From Takakia lepidozioides (Eukaryota > Plantae > Bryophyta), in assembly GCA_030704615.1 (NCBI GenBank), contig CM060733.1, positions 63,674,001 to 63,738,000 on the forward strand: DNA of 64,000 bases. Reading direction: 5' to 3'. The first letter of the stretch is position 1. Each line of letters begins with the position of its first letter. Of the stretch, positions 26,461 to 40,075 are shown one piece after another. The notes under the pieces were generated by a model. The model saw nothing but the letters and a program-made list of their open reading frames with translations, searched no databases and was not told where the DNA came from. The translations under genes and the position numbers were made by a program.

Positions 26461-27674
26461 CCTTTGGTTTCTATGCCTCCCTCTCAGTAGATTGCAATTC
26501 GATTTGGGAGAGTGGTCGTGGATGGACAATTCAAAATCTCCCCTGTTGGAATACACAGTCAGGTTGGGCTACAAGATGCTGCTCGGACAGGCCGCCTTTA
26601 CAGCCAAGTGGAACTGCAAGTAGATTTTTAACCTGCAACTCCCAGGTTAGAACTGTCTGTAGAAGGATATCAGGATCAAGTAGCGCTCTACCAAAGTTAG
26701 CGCTTTTCTTTGGAAGTTGGCTAATAGAATTCTTCCGATGGCTGTCTTCTTCCCTGACCAGGACCCCTCCTGCAAAATGTGCAACTGCAATATTCATGAA
26801 ACTATTGAGCATGGTCTGGCTGACTGTCATAGGCTCTGCTAAAACTTGGCAGCTTGTGACGGCATTTTGCTCTCACTGGGAACCGCTACCACGTTTATCG
26901 GCTCCCCTTCTGTTGCTCAACTTGCACAATGGTTCCATTTGGAACAAGTGCCCAATCTCGGCTTGTCTTAGAACTCATATTCTTTGGAGTTTGTGGAAGG
27001 CGAGATGTAGCTTGTTTTTTCAGGGGAAACGCCCAAGCATCAGATTAGTTCTTTCCAAGTTATTCTCTGATATGATGACTGAGGGGCATAAGACGTGGGT
27101 GTCCCTGCTTTCAGCTTCCAGCAGGTGCAGTGACAGAAGGCGTGGCCAGCTTTTTGCGGAATTCGATCTCTCGTGGCCAAAGGCAACCTCGTTTGCACCA
27201 GGATATCTGACTCTGAGTCTCTTGGCATGATGTCCTCCCCCGGGAATGGCAAATCGCCCGCTGATTCAGATGCTCCTGACATCAACTGACGCCATCAGAA
27301 GATGCGCATTTCCAAGTCAAAAGTCCAGCTCGACTTCGGTCTATGATCTGTGTGGCGCTCATTCTTATCTAGATGCTCTTTAGTGGTCTCTTTCATTTCT
27401 CTTCGCCCTTATGGCTTTAGTTAGGTGTGCAGTGCCTGCTGCCAGTTCATTTTTTTTTCGGACTTGTTAGTTTTCGCTTCATCTCCCTGGCCTTAGTTTT
27501 GGCTCCTTCCTGCTTTCCTCCCCCTCCCCTCTTGGTTCTGGGTGTTCCCATGCGTAGCATTTTCACGGGCTTCCTGGAGGTTATTTTTTCCTCCCTATGT
27601 ACTGTCTGGTTTTTTTATATTAAATAAAGATGCCAAGGCCTGTTTGCCAGAAAAAAATAAAAAATAAAATAAAA
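26461..27674 (+). mobile_element. 5'-truncated, decayed LINE 3' end
   Basis: Reading frame near 26711-26830 gives WKLANRILP...CKMCNCNIHETIEHGLADC (zf-RVT-like CCHC); AATAAA at ~27623 and A-rich tail 27650-27674. Confidence 0.65.
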
Positions 27675-28859
27675 TGTTGATGTCATTTATGTGGCCCACC
27701 AAACATATAAACACTAGAGGGGGCATTTCGTATAGAGGAAGGCCCCGAGTGGAGGGTGCTCCTTGAATTTTATGCCCAGGGCCGAGGGTGTTCCAGGGCC
27801 CTCGGCCGTATGGCATAAGATTCAACCACACGAGGGTCTTCCTATCCGTAAAGAAATGGCATGATTTCTTTTCTTTTACATCGTTTTTTGATGATCAAAG
27901 GGAGTGAAGGAAAAGATCTTGGAGGTAAAAGATAAGGAAATGTCGGAGGAGTGTAATCGGCACTGTGCATTATACTTTTTTGTATTGCCCTCGTAACTCG
28001 TGGTTGGCTATTACGCTGTATAACTAACGAAACGAAAGAGAAATCAGCCCCAGTTCTTTACGTAGGTAAATAGGCAGGGTGGCAGGAGACCGATGTGTAG
28101 AGCGGAGAAGAGCAAAATGGAGAAGCAAACGGCGGTGTAGGCGTGATCCGAAGCTGGATGATCCTTTCCCATTTTGAGAAGGCGGTGCCATGATTTCTCG
28201 CATCGGATCGAAAGGGACAAAGTGGGTGGTACCGGAGAATATCTTATGCGTCTGTCTCACTCACCAGTGGGCAGCGTGCTCCGGTGTTCTCCTGAGTACG
28301 GATGTGGACTCCATGCCCAAGGCCCTGTCTTCTCGTCTCGGTCATGCGAGAGGCCTCACATCATGTAATAGATTAAGAATCTGGGCTCTGGAGCTGAAAG
28401 CGACATCCCCCTTAGCAATGCGCCAAGGACCTAGTGCCTTGCATGTGGTAGCTATGGCGCCTCCCAAGCCTTCAGGGATGCCAATTGAAGGTAATAACTG
28501 GAAACATTGGTGCTTCTTCTTTATTATCTTGGAATTGTCGTTGACATATCCAGAAACTGATCTAATTTGGCCGAAGAAGCACACAGGATGGTCATACAAG
28601 GGCTACAATCCACACCCTTGCCCTCTTGAAACTTTTCGTACATCTGGCACGACAAGGTGCGCTATTTTCATGTGGCATGAGGAGAAGTCTGTCAAGGAAG
28701 GAAAGTAGGGACTGACTCTGGCAGTTTGTGGACTGGATTCTACCCCTAGTTGTTTGGTTTAGTTAGAATCCCTGTTTGCTCTGCAACAGAGCTCTTACTG
28801 TCGGTGTTGTACACCTGGGCAAGTTGCTCAAGGTTTTTTCCCTGGAGTTTGCAAGGTAC

Positions 28860-30170
28860 TTTGGAGGGCTGATGGTTGTACATGCCAGAACTAAATCTGT
28901 TCTCATGGACTATAATAAAGGGAGGATTCACCAAGCATGGGTGTAGTAGGAATGCCTTGGACACTTGTGCGCAAATGATACAGGAAGGGATGAAATCTGA
29001 CCAAGGTCATGTTCATTTGCGCTTGCAATGTGTGTGCCAGCCTGGGAGCCCTGGAAAAGGGCAAAGAGGTCCATGCTGCCATCATCAAAGCTGGAATTGT
29101 GCCAAATGTCATTCTGAGCAATACCCTCCTGGGCATGTATGCCAAATGCGGGAGCACTAAGGATGCAGAGGGAGTGTTCAACAACATAGTTGAACGAGAT
29201 GTGGTTTCATGGAATGCGATGATCGCTGGATATGCCCAGCATGGGTCTGGAAAATGGCAAAGAGATCCATGCTGAAACCATGAAAGCTGGAATTGTACCA
29301 TACGTCATTCTGGGCACTGCCCTTGTGGGCCTGTATGCGAAATGTGGGAGCATCCAAGATGCCAAGAGTTGTGTTCAACAATATGGGTGACTGGAATGTG
29401 GTGTCTTGGCACGATATGTCCGACTTGGTTTTCATAGGGAGGCCCTGCAATTATCACCTTTATATTTGTTCTCTCTGCCTGCAGCCATGTGTGCCTAGTG
29501 GACGAAGGCAGATGCTACTTGGATTTCCGGAGTGATCATGGTCTTAGTCCTATGGCAGAGCGCACTTTGGCAGCATGGTTGACCTTCTTGGCCGTGCCAT
29601 GCAGACTTCATGGCAATGTGGAGGTAGCAGAACATGCAGCAAAATCTATTCTCAAGTGGGATCCAGAGGATGCTGGAACATCTGTGCTGCTATCAAACAT
29701 CTATGCCGCAGCTGGAAGGTGGGATGATACTGTAAATGTGAGAAAATTGATAAAGGTCAGAGGTGTTAGAATGGAGCCAGATCGCTGGTGCATTAAGGTT
29801 GACAACAGTTTCATACTTTTGTGGTAGATGACAAAGTGCATACACAAATTGAGGAAATCCATGCTGAGCTGAGAAGGTTGTCTGGCCAGATGGAGGAGGC
29901 AGGGTACATGCCTGATTGTATCGAACGATGTGGAGGGGAACAGACAGAATTTTCTATTTGCCACCATAGTGAAAAGCTGGCCATTACTTTTTGGTTGATT
30001 AACACAGCTCCCAAGACGCCACTCCATGTCATCAAGAACCTTTGGGTATGTGGTGACTGCCACGAGGCCACCAAGTTCATCTCAAAGATCGAGCGAGCAA
30101 TTGTTGTACAAGATGCCACGTTCACCACTTTGAAGTCGGGGTATGTTCTTGTGGGAAGTACTGGTGAAAA
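28860..30170 (+). pseudogene. PLS-class PPR-E/DYW pseudogene
   Basis: NTLLGMYAKCGS...DVVSWNAMIAGYAQHG; VLLSNIYAAAGRW; HSEKLA; KNLWVCGDCH; ends SCGKYW-stop; many frameshifts. Confidence 0.9.
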
Positions 30171-31214
30171 TGATCTCTCTCTTGTAAGGTGTGAGTGTCT
30201 TGCTTCAATCATTGAAAGCTGCTTGTTAATTCATCAATCCCTGGGAATGTCGATGTACTGACATCCTCGTGGCGCATCAACTGTCAAAGAGCCAATTGTT
30301 GGATCTGGTGGAGTTCAGCTCAAGATTGCAGTATGCTCCCACATAACCAGCAGAAATCTGGTTACAGGTATTATCTTCTTCCAGCAGCCGAAATATCTTA
30401 ACTTGCCGTTCCAATAGTCAGTCTTTTTGCTCCTCCCTACCCAGCTCTCAGCACCACTTCTCAGATGCAGAGGTCCAGCATTTTTCCCCCACCAGGGTTT
30501 AGCTTATCCCCACAGCTGAGCTGCAGGTATAACTTATTTTCCTGGAACTGCCATTAAGGCGATAACAAAGGCACTTGTCCACATGCAACTTGTCAGCCCG
30601 GTTGCAGAGTTATTGACTTTAGTTTAATAGCCCTGCGTTTACCACTTTGATAAGTTTTAGTTATAATCCACTTCAGCTGAGGTTGACAAGGCCAGCATTA
30701 CTGATGACAGTTCTTCAAATACTAAATAAATGTAGATCCTGAATTCTCAAAGAGAGGAAGATACAGAGCTATTAGAAAACAGCAATGTTTGGTTTTCTTC
30801 ATACACATTATCACCCACTGTAATCCAAACCTCATTAATCTTTTTGGCTTCCCCATCTGCAAATTCTACCACCACAAAATGTCGGTCAGTAGTTTTTGTT
30901 GTTCTAGACGTGGAAACATCCCCCATGTGAGGCTTTGCATGGAGAGGGCCTCTGCCGCTGCTTTCGATATCATCCACCTCCTTTATGCTTTAGGGAATAG
31001 AGGTACTAGGTGCCCTGACTCTTGGAACAACTGCCGCATTGAGATAGACAGTCTTGTCCTGCCCCACCACCAGCATTGTCGCTCATCCTTTGGCCCAGAT
31101 TGCAAAGACTTGTGCATGTGCCCGAACACAACCAGGGGCACCTCGAGTCCCTCCTGTTTCACAGAAGCTATAGCTTCCTCCAAATCTGCTATCACGCGCC
31201 CATTAGGCAGGTCT

Positions 31215-32400
31215 GATGAAGCTTCCAGGAGAAAGATTATTCTATGTTTGCCCCAACAGCTATCTGTCTCTCCTAACTGTGTCTGGGCTTCTCTGAGAGT
31301 GGAAGAGATTGTCATAAGACGTTGTTTGCCGTAGCCTTGTGGCCATTGACCCCGCGCCCAGTTTGAGCGGGAACAAAAGGGACAGAACCTACCTCTGTCA
31401 GGGGCTGACGTTGGTAGTAAGACTTACCTCCATATAAAGAATTAATCCGGGTTTTCCAGATATCCTCTAGAAATCCCTTCACACAAGCATCAATCTGCTG
31501 TGTGTTATTTACCCAAAAACTAGGCCTCAGGAGGGCCTGGGCTTTTGGCTCAGCCTCGAGACTTTCAAAGCTGGTAAACAGGGGTACAGGCACAATTCCC
31601 TTAATAGATTTGAAGAGAGCGTCTCTTTGGTGAGAGAACCCCGGACAGTGTATCAGAAAATGAATACTGTCTTCAGATTGCCCACACAACGGGCAATTGC
31701 ACTCTCCCTTTCCTCTCTGCTTCTGTTTGCTGTTCAAAGGTAGGCTTCCTGCCCTGAGTTTAAATTTCAGTCTAGTGCCGAGAGTGGGTAGACCCTTGAG
31801 GTCATCCAAGATGTCCTCCCCCATGTCACAGACTGGAAACAAGTTCAGGGAAGTTTTCTGCCTAACTTCATTTTCATCAGACAATCTCATGGCAACAGAC
31901 ATGGCTGAGGACACTACAGCCTCTAAGTCAGATTTATCCAGCAGGGTCAAGACTTGCGGATCCAGGTCCAGGTCCTTGAGGATCTCTTCTACTCTCTTCT
32001 GCCAGGACTTAGCCTGTTTGACAGGGCGGTCCTGTTTCCAAGATATAGAGTCGATTAACTTAGGATATCTGGTGTTGGGCATATGTTGCAGCTGACCCCA
32101 CCATCTGACCTTGAATTCATCTCGTCGGGAGCTTAAGGACGGAATGCCAAACTCACCCCGAACAGCCACATTGGCTGTTTTGGAGCATGCTGACATACAC
32201 TCCTTAAGCACCCCCACTTGAATGGATTCTAGAGACTTAGCCTGGTTGGAGTTATCAACCCATATAGCAGATCCGTACTCCAAGGCAGGTCTAATAACGC
32301 GACAAAGCATGGTTTTCTTAACCTCAGAGTTGACCCCTCTGCAGTGGAAAAATTTAGTGAGCCCCAGAGCTTTGCCCTTGCCAGTTTGAACAACTGAGAG
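31215..32400 (-). mobile_element. 5'-truncated LINE (end of RT plus C-terminal Zn finger)
   Basis: ORF 31312..32499: VIRPALEYGSAIW...AVRGEFG...CPLCGQSEDSIHFLIHC; boundaries approximate. Confidence 0.8.
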
Positions 32401-32689
32401 TGGAAGAGATACAGAAAGAAAGGGTGCTGGAGGGGAAGGCAGTACCTGAATCACCATGGTCTCCTCCTTTTGCAACCCAGTCCCTTCCACGTATGTCATG
32501 TGGCCTGGACCCTAGCCCTCTTTAGCACATGCCCATACCCAATGCCAACTGATTCATATACACCTCTTGAGGTAGACATTACAAATCATTAGTAGTGACT
32601 GATGACCTGTCCACACAGTTCAGGGTGACAAAAAGGTAGTAGGGCCAGACCCACCTGGATGTTAGTGAAAGTGTTGGGGCCTTCATCCG

Positions 32690-32900
32690 GCCGTCATCCA
32701 TCCAATTGAGGTTGGATGGATGGGGAGGGGATCGACGGTTCGGGGTAGCGCCATGTGGCTGGAGATCGGGCGGTGTTGTGGGGTGCCGCGCGGCCAGCGG
32801 TGGGGCGGGGGTCAGGGGTCCCGGGCGGGCGGGCGCTGGGAGCAGCGGGCGGGCCGGGCGGAGGGATCGGAGGGGGGTGGGGATTTGACATGGGGCGTCC
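32690..32900 (+). repeat. Dispersed copy of the GC-rich repeat at 4860-6130
   Basis: gaggttggatggatg...ggggatcgacggttcggggtagcgccatgtggct shared with 5196 and 6001-6040. Confidence 0.75.
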
Positions 32901-34403
32901 TGCTCGCCGACAAGGCTGCCGGAGCGGGGGTTCCCGGGCCGTACCCGTCAGCTCACACGCTTGCAATAAAATCAAGCCACATCCATATTGGGACCGTGGT
33001 TATGGTGCGTTGCTGCTGGGGCTCTTGCCAGCCGACGCGCTATCTAACTTGCCTGCCTCATCATATGTCTCACGAGCATAGTGATAGCGCGGCAGTTTAG
33101 TGAGCCACTGCTGGGCATGCTCTAAGCCAGTCGTGGATTGGCCTATGGGTCTCGGGTTCAAACGTTCAACCCCTATCATCTATCTCATTGCCTTCAGGCT
33201 GCCCCTGTAATAGACTAAGTTTATAACTATTGCTTAGCCAAATGCCCAACTAATTAATTTCCTATTTACTTGGACATCCTCAATGTTGTGCACCTAATCT
33301 CCCCAACCATTGTAAACGTATCGTTACTAGTAAGACATAATCAGGATCTGTCCATCTGCAATAATCTTAACTACCTTCACCCTACCATCACCAACCCCTA
33401 TACCTATATTATCTAGAATTGCCTCTACGCCATCCCCATTTGCTCCGGATCCTGCTCTGGGCATAACACCCTTATAATTACAATGCCGGTTTTCTAGCCG
33501 GTTAGGAAGCTCGATGGCTTTTGCCGGTTCCCTTCCATAGCCGGTTCCTTCGGAGGCTGCACTTTCCGGGTATGCATATGTGCATAACCGGCAAATAACC
33601 GTCGGGTATGCATGTCCAAATGCCATACCTGGCCAGGGTAGTTGCACGCTAAGGTGGACCAAAAACGGCAGATGCTGCTTCCATAGAAGTCCATGACCAA
33701 ATTTAGAATTAATGATATTTCCCCAAATAATTTTAAATGATGATAGACAATGGTATAATTAACATTTTTAGTAAAGGGTTTACCCCAAACATCAAAGATA
33801 ATTTTTACTATAATTTTTAATCTTTAATTTGAATAAAAATTGATATATCAGAAATAGAATTTACATCGATTTGTCCATATACAACCAAGCCATTGTAGAT
33901 TACATTTTTGTATCCTTTGCAGTAAAATATGACACCTCAAAAGCCCAAAACACAAGATGTACTAAACTAGAACAAATCCACCTATATATAACACTCATAT
34001 TAGTCCATAGGTAGTAAATGACAGTTGATATTGTCATTTTAAATTGAAATCTAGATTGTTCTATAAATTGGCCCCCTTTCCTCAAAAGTTCAAAGAAATA
34101 CACCAAAGACACAATGGCTTATTTTGAGTCCATGTATTTCCATTTGCAGCGGTAACAGTCCACAGTTGTCGTGTTCAAAAGTCCATAGCCCTTCGATATT
34201 TTATTGGATTGACAATTGGACAGTTGACATAGATAGATATTGAAGTTAGAAATCCAGCATAGAAAATGTTTCTCAGTATTATTCATTATATTAAATTTAA
34301 TTCATGATATCATGTACGACAGTCACTGAAAACTGTGCCAATAACGCAGTTTTTGGTCCACCTTAGCATGCATCTACCCGCCAACACTGGTTTTGACCCC
34401 CCT

Positions 34404-34488
34404 TGTCGTGCACCTAAGCATCGTGCCACAACATACATCGCTGCCCAACCACACTTCCTAGCATATAGTCCTAGAAAGCCACGCCATA
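34404..34488 (-). repeat. Second, partial copy of the LTR start directly abutting the first LTR
   Basis: Near-identical to 34840-34924. Confidence 0.8.
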
Positions 34489-34489
34489 A

Positions 34490-35680
34490 TGATACGGAAA
34501 TGGTGAAAAATGGAGAAACCACTCTATCATATTATATAAGTCAAGCCAATGGCACCTTTGCTGAAGGACTCCACCATAGAGACCTCACCCACTCTCCATC
34601 TCAAGAACTAGAGCTATGGCGGCGAGAGAGGCCTCGGGAGGCTCGACTAGAAGAAGACGAGCCTGCCTACGTCTCACGTGGAGATAACCTCCCCACGTCC
34701 CAAGTGAGGTTCGCCACCTCACTTGGCACATGGAACCAAATGAAGTTCCAATGCCAACAAAATACAAATATAAATGTATAATGTCCTAATTAGCTAGAAA
34801 TAACTATTTATAACTAATCACAAACAAAACCATGACAGCTGTCGTGCACCTAAGCATCGTGCCACAACATACATCGCTGTCCAACCACACTTCCTAGCAT
34901 ATAGTCCTAGAAAGCCACGCCACAATCGCCCCCCTAACTGGTGATTAGGTCCCTCTAACACCGGATAGCTTGCAAGTATCCACCCCAATAAGATCATCGC
35001 TTGGTCTTCAATCGCACAAGTCCCAATACTTGAAGTCGATAGATCAGGAGGCCTGGTGCAAACGTAGCCCCATCGTTAGTCGCCTTCATGCAATCCATGA
35101 TCTTCAATTGAGTATCCATAGCATTGAAGCCCCACTAGCTGGACCTTGGATCACTTGTCCGCCTCACCATTGTCATGCCCACTACCTCTGTCCAAGACAT
35201 CGTGGACACAACCATTCTCCGATAGGAACCTCCTCAAGTGGCGGTGTCAAGCATCTCGTGTGCCACCCCCTTGAGCATTTGTCACACACCAACATGGTTG
35301 CGGCGCCACCAGCATGCAACGCAACCCTGCAGGTACCACTGCAAGGTTGGGATCTATCCTCCCATCCACATGTGGAAGGTGACATGGCGCACAATTGCGC
35401 ACATGGTCCTTCCATATCATGCCATCTCGACCCTCCAGAATCAACACTCCTGAAGGCAACACCTCCCTGCCCCTTAGAATCACACGTCCTGCTCTGACAT
35501 TCAAGGTCGTAGGCGATGTCTGCTGCAGATACGCATAGTCCCCAGGGTGGAAACGCCGAACACTTGGCCGATATCCCCCTCCACGTATAGTGGCGTACCT
35601 CAATGTGTCTCGGTGTTGGGCAATAGCAAGGTTCTCAAAAGCCATAGACATGACTCTCTTGAACAACTTTGCCCGACAAT
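34490..35680 (-). mobile_element. 3' end of a related Gypsy-PHD element: integrase tail, PHD, PPT (34925-34935) and LTR (34924-34490, ~435 bp)
   Basis: AFENLAIAQHRDTLRYATIRGGGY...MLVCDKCSRGWHTRCLTPPLEEVPIGEWLCPRC; AGGGGGCGAT-TGTGG start and ...TATCA end; LTR homologous to 61627-61720 joined to 49957-50270. Confidence 0.85.
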
Positions 35681-38099
35681 GAACCATTATCCTTACAGGG
35701 GAAAAACCTCTGGCCATCGTATCTAGTAAAAGAACAACTATTGAACGGAAGCAGGACAGTTTTACCTGAGCCAAATCAAGAAGAGTGGGGGGGATACCAG
35801 TAGGACCATTGTGGCCCAAAAAAATGAGGGAATGGTTGGGTGGTGCTTCCATTGCAAGCTTCTTGATCCGCGCCGCACTCTCTGTGTCATTATGTGCACC
35901 ATATCTAGAGAAAATTCCATTTGAACCCAACAGTTAGAAGCACTCGAGCCCTTTCTGGCTACTTAGACCTCCATGCAGGTTCTGTATATGTTCTCTCTCT
36001 AATGGATTCCTTTTTAATGTACTGTATCCCAGTGACACCGAACAGTTGCTTCAAACCAAACCAATTATCATACTTGTATTGCACTACTGTCATACTCCAG
36101 AGGCTAACAGGGACAACCTGGTGGCACAAAGCTTGTACGGATTGTAAGCAACACGAGGACGTCCCCCGCTCGTGAAAGGCCGACAGCCGACAACACTCAA
36201 CCGCAGATTAGGGAAATCCAGACGACCATATCCCACATGTGTCTTTCCAAGCCTAGTAAAACATGCAGACACACAGGTCTTGAGAGGAGTGAAACACTCA
36301 GATCAGGAAAGACCGACTATACCATTGCTCCCAAGAAAGGCCTCTATCCGTCCAACAGTCCCGTTGTCAGTCCAGGTTCTCCCTTTCTTCCCCTACAGTA
36401 TAATTTTCTCAATCACTTCCGCCACAAGAACCACATTAATATCATACTAAGCACAGCCCCAAGCAACCAAGTGAGACTTACAAATCCACCTGTGCCTGAA
36501 CAGCATCCCTCTTCACTGCAGTCGCCCCTTGAATGTACCTTTCAAAGAAAATAAAATGTGGAGCATCAGAAATGAAGAACGTAGAAAACCTTAAATCATC
36601 AACCAAAACAGTTCACATCTTCCACAAATGTACCTCTCATAAGCATTCCCTGTGGATGTCTATTGGGGCCCAACCAGGCCCAAATCTAGAACCCTAATCC
36701 TTTCCCGGAAAGTTGGATTAGCTTAGTCATTTGGCAAAAGGCGACGATGTCCACCAGCAGTCGTGGTTGCCTAGAATGACTGCTTTTGGTAAACCGAGAT
36801 TACTGATGTCCCTCACCAGCTCCACATTCTCGTCTCCAAATTCCCCTGCCATCCAAGGCACACCACAAGGATTGTGGTTTTCCACTATAGCACTTTGACT
36901 GGAAAAAGACACAAGCCATGATAATTCAAGGGATCACTGTAATGAAGATGTCAGGTAATTACTGAAGCCTACAAATCCACATGCTCAAGTTCTCGTACAT
37001 TGATGTCGTCATACTTCACTAGAGATACAGGGTCCGTGAGGATTTGATTCACTAAGCCTTTCATCATGCTGACAAAAACTTTAGGCTGGAACCCTAAAGC
37101 AGTTATGCTCGTCTTGAGCAGATAATGCACTGGAGCTTTGACATAACCCTCCATGTACAAGGCACCCTTTTCTGCTGAAGATTCTGATCTAGGAAAAAAC
37201 TTCAGGAGGAGCTCCTATAACAGAGTCCTAGCCACATCATTAGCAACAACAGAAGGGAGGGAAGAGTCACATACCTGTGAACGTCCGGCTGCACAACAAT
37301 GTATAGAAAAAAAGTCCCTCAAGCATATCCCACCAGCTTAGTATGTGTCTACTTCTGTGAAGAATTTTGCATTGGCTAGTGCCTGAGGAGACAAAAACTA
37401 AGAATCAGCTTGAAGCCCAACCTTCAATGTAATGTGGTTACTGAATTGAGAACAATTGTGCGCTGATGAAGTCTTGCTTTGTGTAACAACACCTAATCTA
37501 TCAGTCCAATATTCTGTGACTTGACATATAAGATGGTGATTCATTAAAAAATAACTGGAAGAAGGAAATACAACACTCCTGAACAGGGATATGATGATTT
37601 ACCTTCAAGAATTTCAGAGCGTCTCCACGTGTAATAATTCAATTTTTATTTAAGATTTATCATTTCGAAATATATTTTAATTATGAACTATTATTCCACG
37701 TGGACGGGGACAGTATACGTAGATCTGGAGTGGTTAAAGACCCCCATTGATTGGTACCACTTTGAGAGTGGTGTAGAGTGAGTGGTTACAGACCATTTAG
37801 TAACTGGAACCACTCGGCCAGTGGTTACGCATGAGTGATTATATACACACCAGTGATTGGTATTACTTCTCTGGTGATACATGAAAAACTTTAGTGGTTT
37901 GTGTGTTGATGGAAAACCCAAAATCCATCCATCTATCGCTACATTCATCCATCCAGTCATGAGTAGAGGGGACTTAGCATTTTTTTTGTCTTCCCTGCCA
38001 CTGTGACATCTGTTTGTTTTCTTTGTGTCGAGTTTGATCGTGAGAGACAAATATGATAGAGCTGTGTTTGTTTTCTTATAGTGTCGAGTTTGATCATGA

Positions 38100-38570
38100 G
38101 AGACGACGGGCGGAGCTGGTGTGATAGGGGCAGACAGGGACTCAAGACCTAGAATCGGGGCATGAAGGTGTGCACGATGGTAGGATAACCGCGATCGCAA
38201 GGTGTGGTTTTTTCTCAATGTACAATGACGAGCGGAGCTGGTGGGATAGGGGGCAGACAGGGACTCAAGACCAGCTAGAATCGGGGCATGAAGGCGTGCA
38301 CGATGGTGGGACAACCGCGATCGCAAGGTGTGGTTTTAATTCTCAATGTACAATGACGAGCGGAGCTGGTGGGATAGGGGGCAGACAGGGACTCAAGCCC
38401 TAGAATCGGGGCATGAAGGCATGCACGATGGTGGGACAACCGCGATTGCAAGGTGTGGCTTTTTTTCAATGTACAATGACGAGTAGAGCTGGTGGGATAG
38501 GGGGCAGACAGGGACTCAAGCCCTAGAATCGGGGCATGAAGGCGTGCACGATGGTGGGACAATCACGATC
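38100..38570. repeat. ~120-bp tandem repeat, 4 copies (fragment also at 42553-42606)
   Basis: gagcggagctggtgggatagggggcagacagggactcaag...cgatggtgggacaaccgcgatcgcaaggtgtgg repeated. Confidence 0.9.
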
Positions 38571-38674
38571 ACTGTAACATTCTAGAAGGTTCTAGATGGA
38601 AGAGGAAAGTTCCCTAGAAGTTTAACTAGGAAGGTTCCTAGGAAGTTTGACTTAAGGAAGTTTGACTTGAGGCT

Positions 38675-38880
38675 CTAATGTGAGTGTGCATCTGCTTTCC
38701 AGCTTCAAGGCCTTCCATCTTGATGCACTTATGCAAGAGACAAACATAAAATCTGCTGAAAATGCCTCCTTGCAGGTTTAAAGTCTGTAGAGCCTCTTTC
38801 AGTCTGCGTGCCTCACAAAGCATCTTCACATGCCCAGAAGTGCCAGAAGAGGCATTGTGGACTCCCTCTCTTGATCCTCT
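38675..38880 (-). pseudogene. N-terminal fragment of the PPR gene family, inverted paralog of 42014-42205
   Basis: HVKMLCEARRLKEAL...LLHKCIKMEGLEAGKQMHTHI. Confidence 0.75.
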
Positions 38881-39449
38881 TCCAGAAACTGTGGTCATGG
38901 TTGAGGTAGAGCTTGCCCCAAGTGTGGAGAAAATGTGAAGGAACGTGACTACTTCCCAAATCGGAGATAACTCTTTGCTAAAATACAAACCTTGCCAGAA
39001 ATATTTGCTCTTTGGCTGCACAACCATCTATGAGACATACAGCTGAAGTATCACATTATGGTCCCATGCAACTCTTCATCCGATGGACGTTAAAGAAGGG
39101 TGTCACCTTCTCAATTGCGGCCTTAAATGCATCGGCAATCCTGCCCTGGACCATACACCCTGGTTAGACATGGGTGGACCACAACCCATGAGCCATCTCT
39201 ACTGAAGATGCTTGGAAACTGAAATGCATCAGGACAAGGGATTATGAGCAACAAGCTCCAGCTGCCTTGAACCAGCTCAATCATTGCAGAGACATTGGTA
39301 TGCCATCAACTCATGTCCCTCATACGATCTGATTGAAAGTTTTTCCAAAAGGACAATTATGATGAGTAAGGGTAGTGCTTCAGCACACTATTTAAGGGCC
39401 TAGCTGCTTGTATGATGCTTAGTCCATTTGTAGGCAAGTATTCATTAGA

Positions 39450-40075
39450 TTTCTGACAATAACTTGACACGATAAGTTTCAGTCAGCTCTTCTTGCAGAT
39501 TATGATTATCACGTGTAAGCAGAGCCACCTTTTCCTTGCATACTTCCAGCTCCTGCTCCAAACCAGTGGCCCTGCTACAACCCTTGAGTTGGTCTAATGC
39601 TTTTGATATATGTTCTCTAAAATCCAATGGTTTAGTTCTGGGTCTAGCAATTCTCTCAATAACAATAAAAGCAGGATACTGTAATTCTTTAATACCATGA
39701 CTATAACAGTATTACCCAATTCTCGTCGGAAAATGAAGGAGGACCACATTTGTACTGCTTACTGATTTCACCATACTGATGTCTTTCAAGCATGATCATA
39801 CTTAAATGAGGGCAACTACAGTAAAGAAGGACTTTTGCAAAGAGAAAAGAGGGAACAAAGGGGATCCCCAGATGCCACAACCAGCACTTATTCTCAGTCA
39901 ACAATGACGAGAACACTTTGTGCACTAGCTACATAGAGAAAGAGAGCTCATTGACCCACCTTCGGGCCTGCATGCGGGTGGCAACATCCATGCTCTCTGG
40001 AACCCCTGATTTCTGTAGACACAGTGTCTCTATGTCCTTCTGCAGCTCATCTCTCTCTGCACTTATCAAAGCCAA
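39450..40075 (-). pseudogene. Two exons of a plant coiled-coil (myosin-heavy-chain-related) protein
   Basis: ERDELQKDIETLCLQK...VATRMQARR spliced to ATGLEQELEVCKEKVALLTRDNHNLQEELTETYRVK; family recognised from memory; rest of gene not found. Confidence 0.55.

Larger units (their letters stand above)
30747..36850 (-). pseudogene. Calcineurin-like metallophosphoesterase (TIGR04168-like plant gene), interrupted by LINE and Gypsy pieces
   Basis: Exon-like segments GEFGDENVELV...VILGNHDCW (36847-36730), HVGYGRLDFP...VVGCRPF (36270-36150), LIFLGHNGPTG (35900-35800), LVVFGHMHK (31190-31100), RHFVVVEF (30880). Confidence 0.75.

Noticed and set aside
26184-27230. 348-aa ORF as a gene
   Set aside because: No recognisable domain; it spans a TIR and the off-frame of a decayed LINE
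37691-38562. ORFs of 211 and 95 aa
   Set aside because: Translations of the 120-bp tandem repeat
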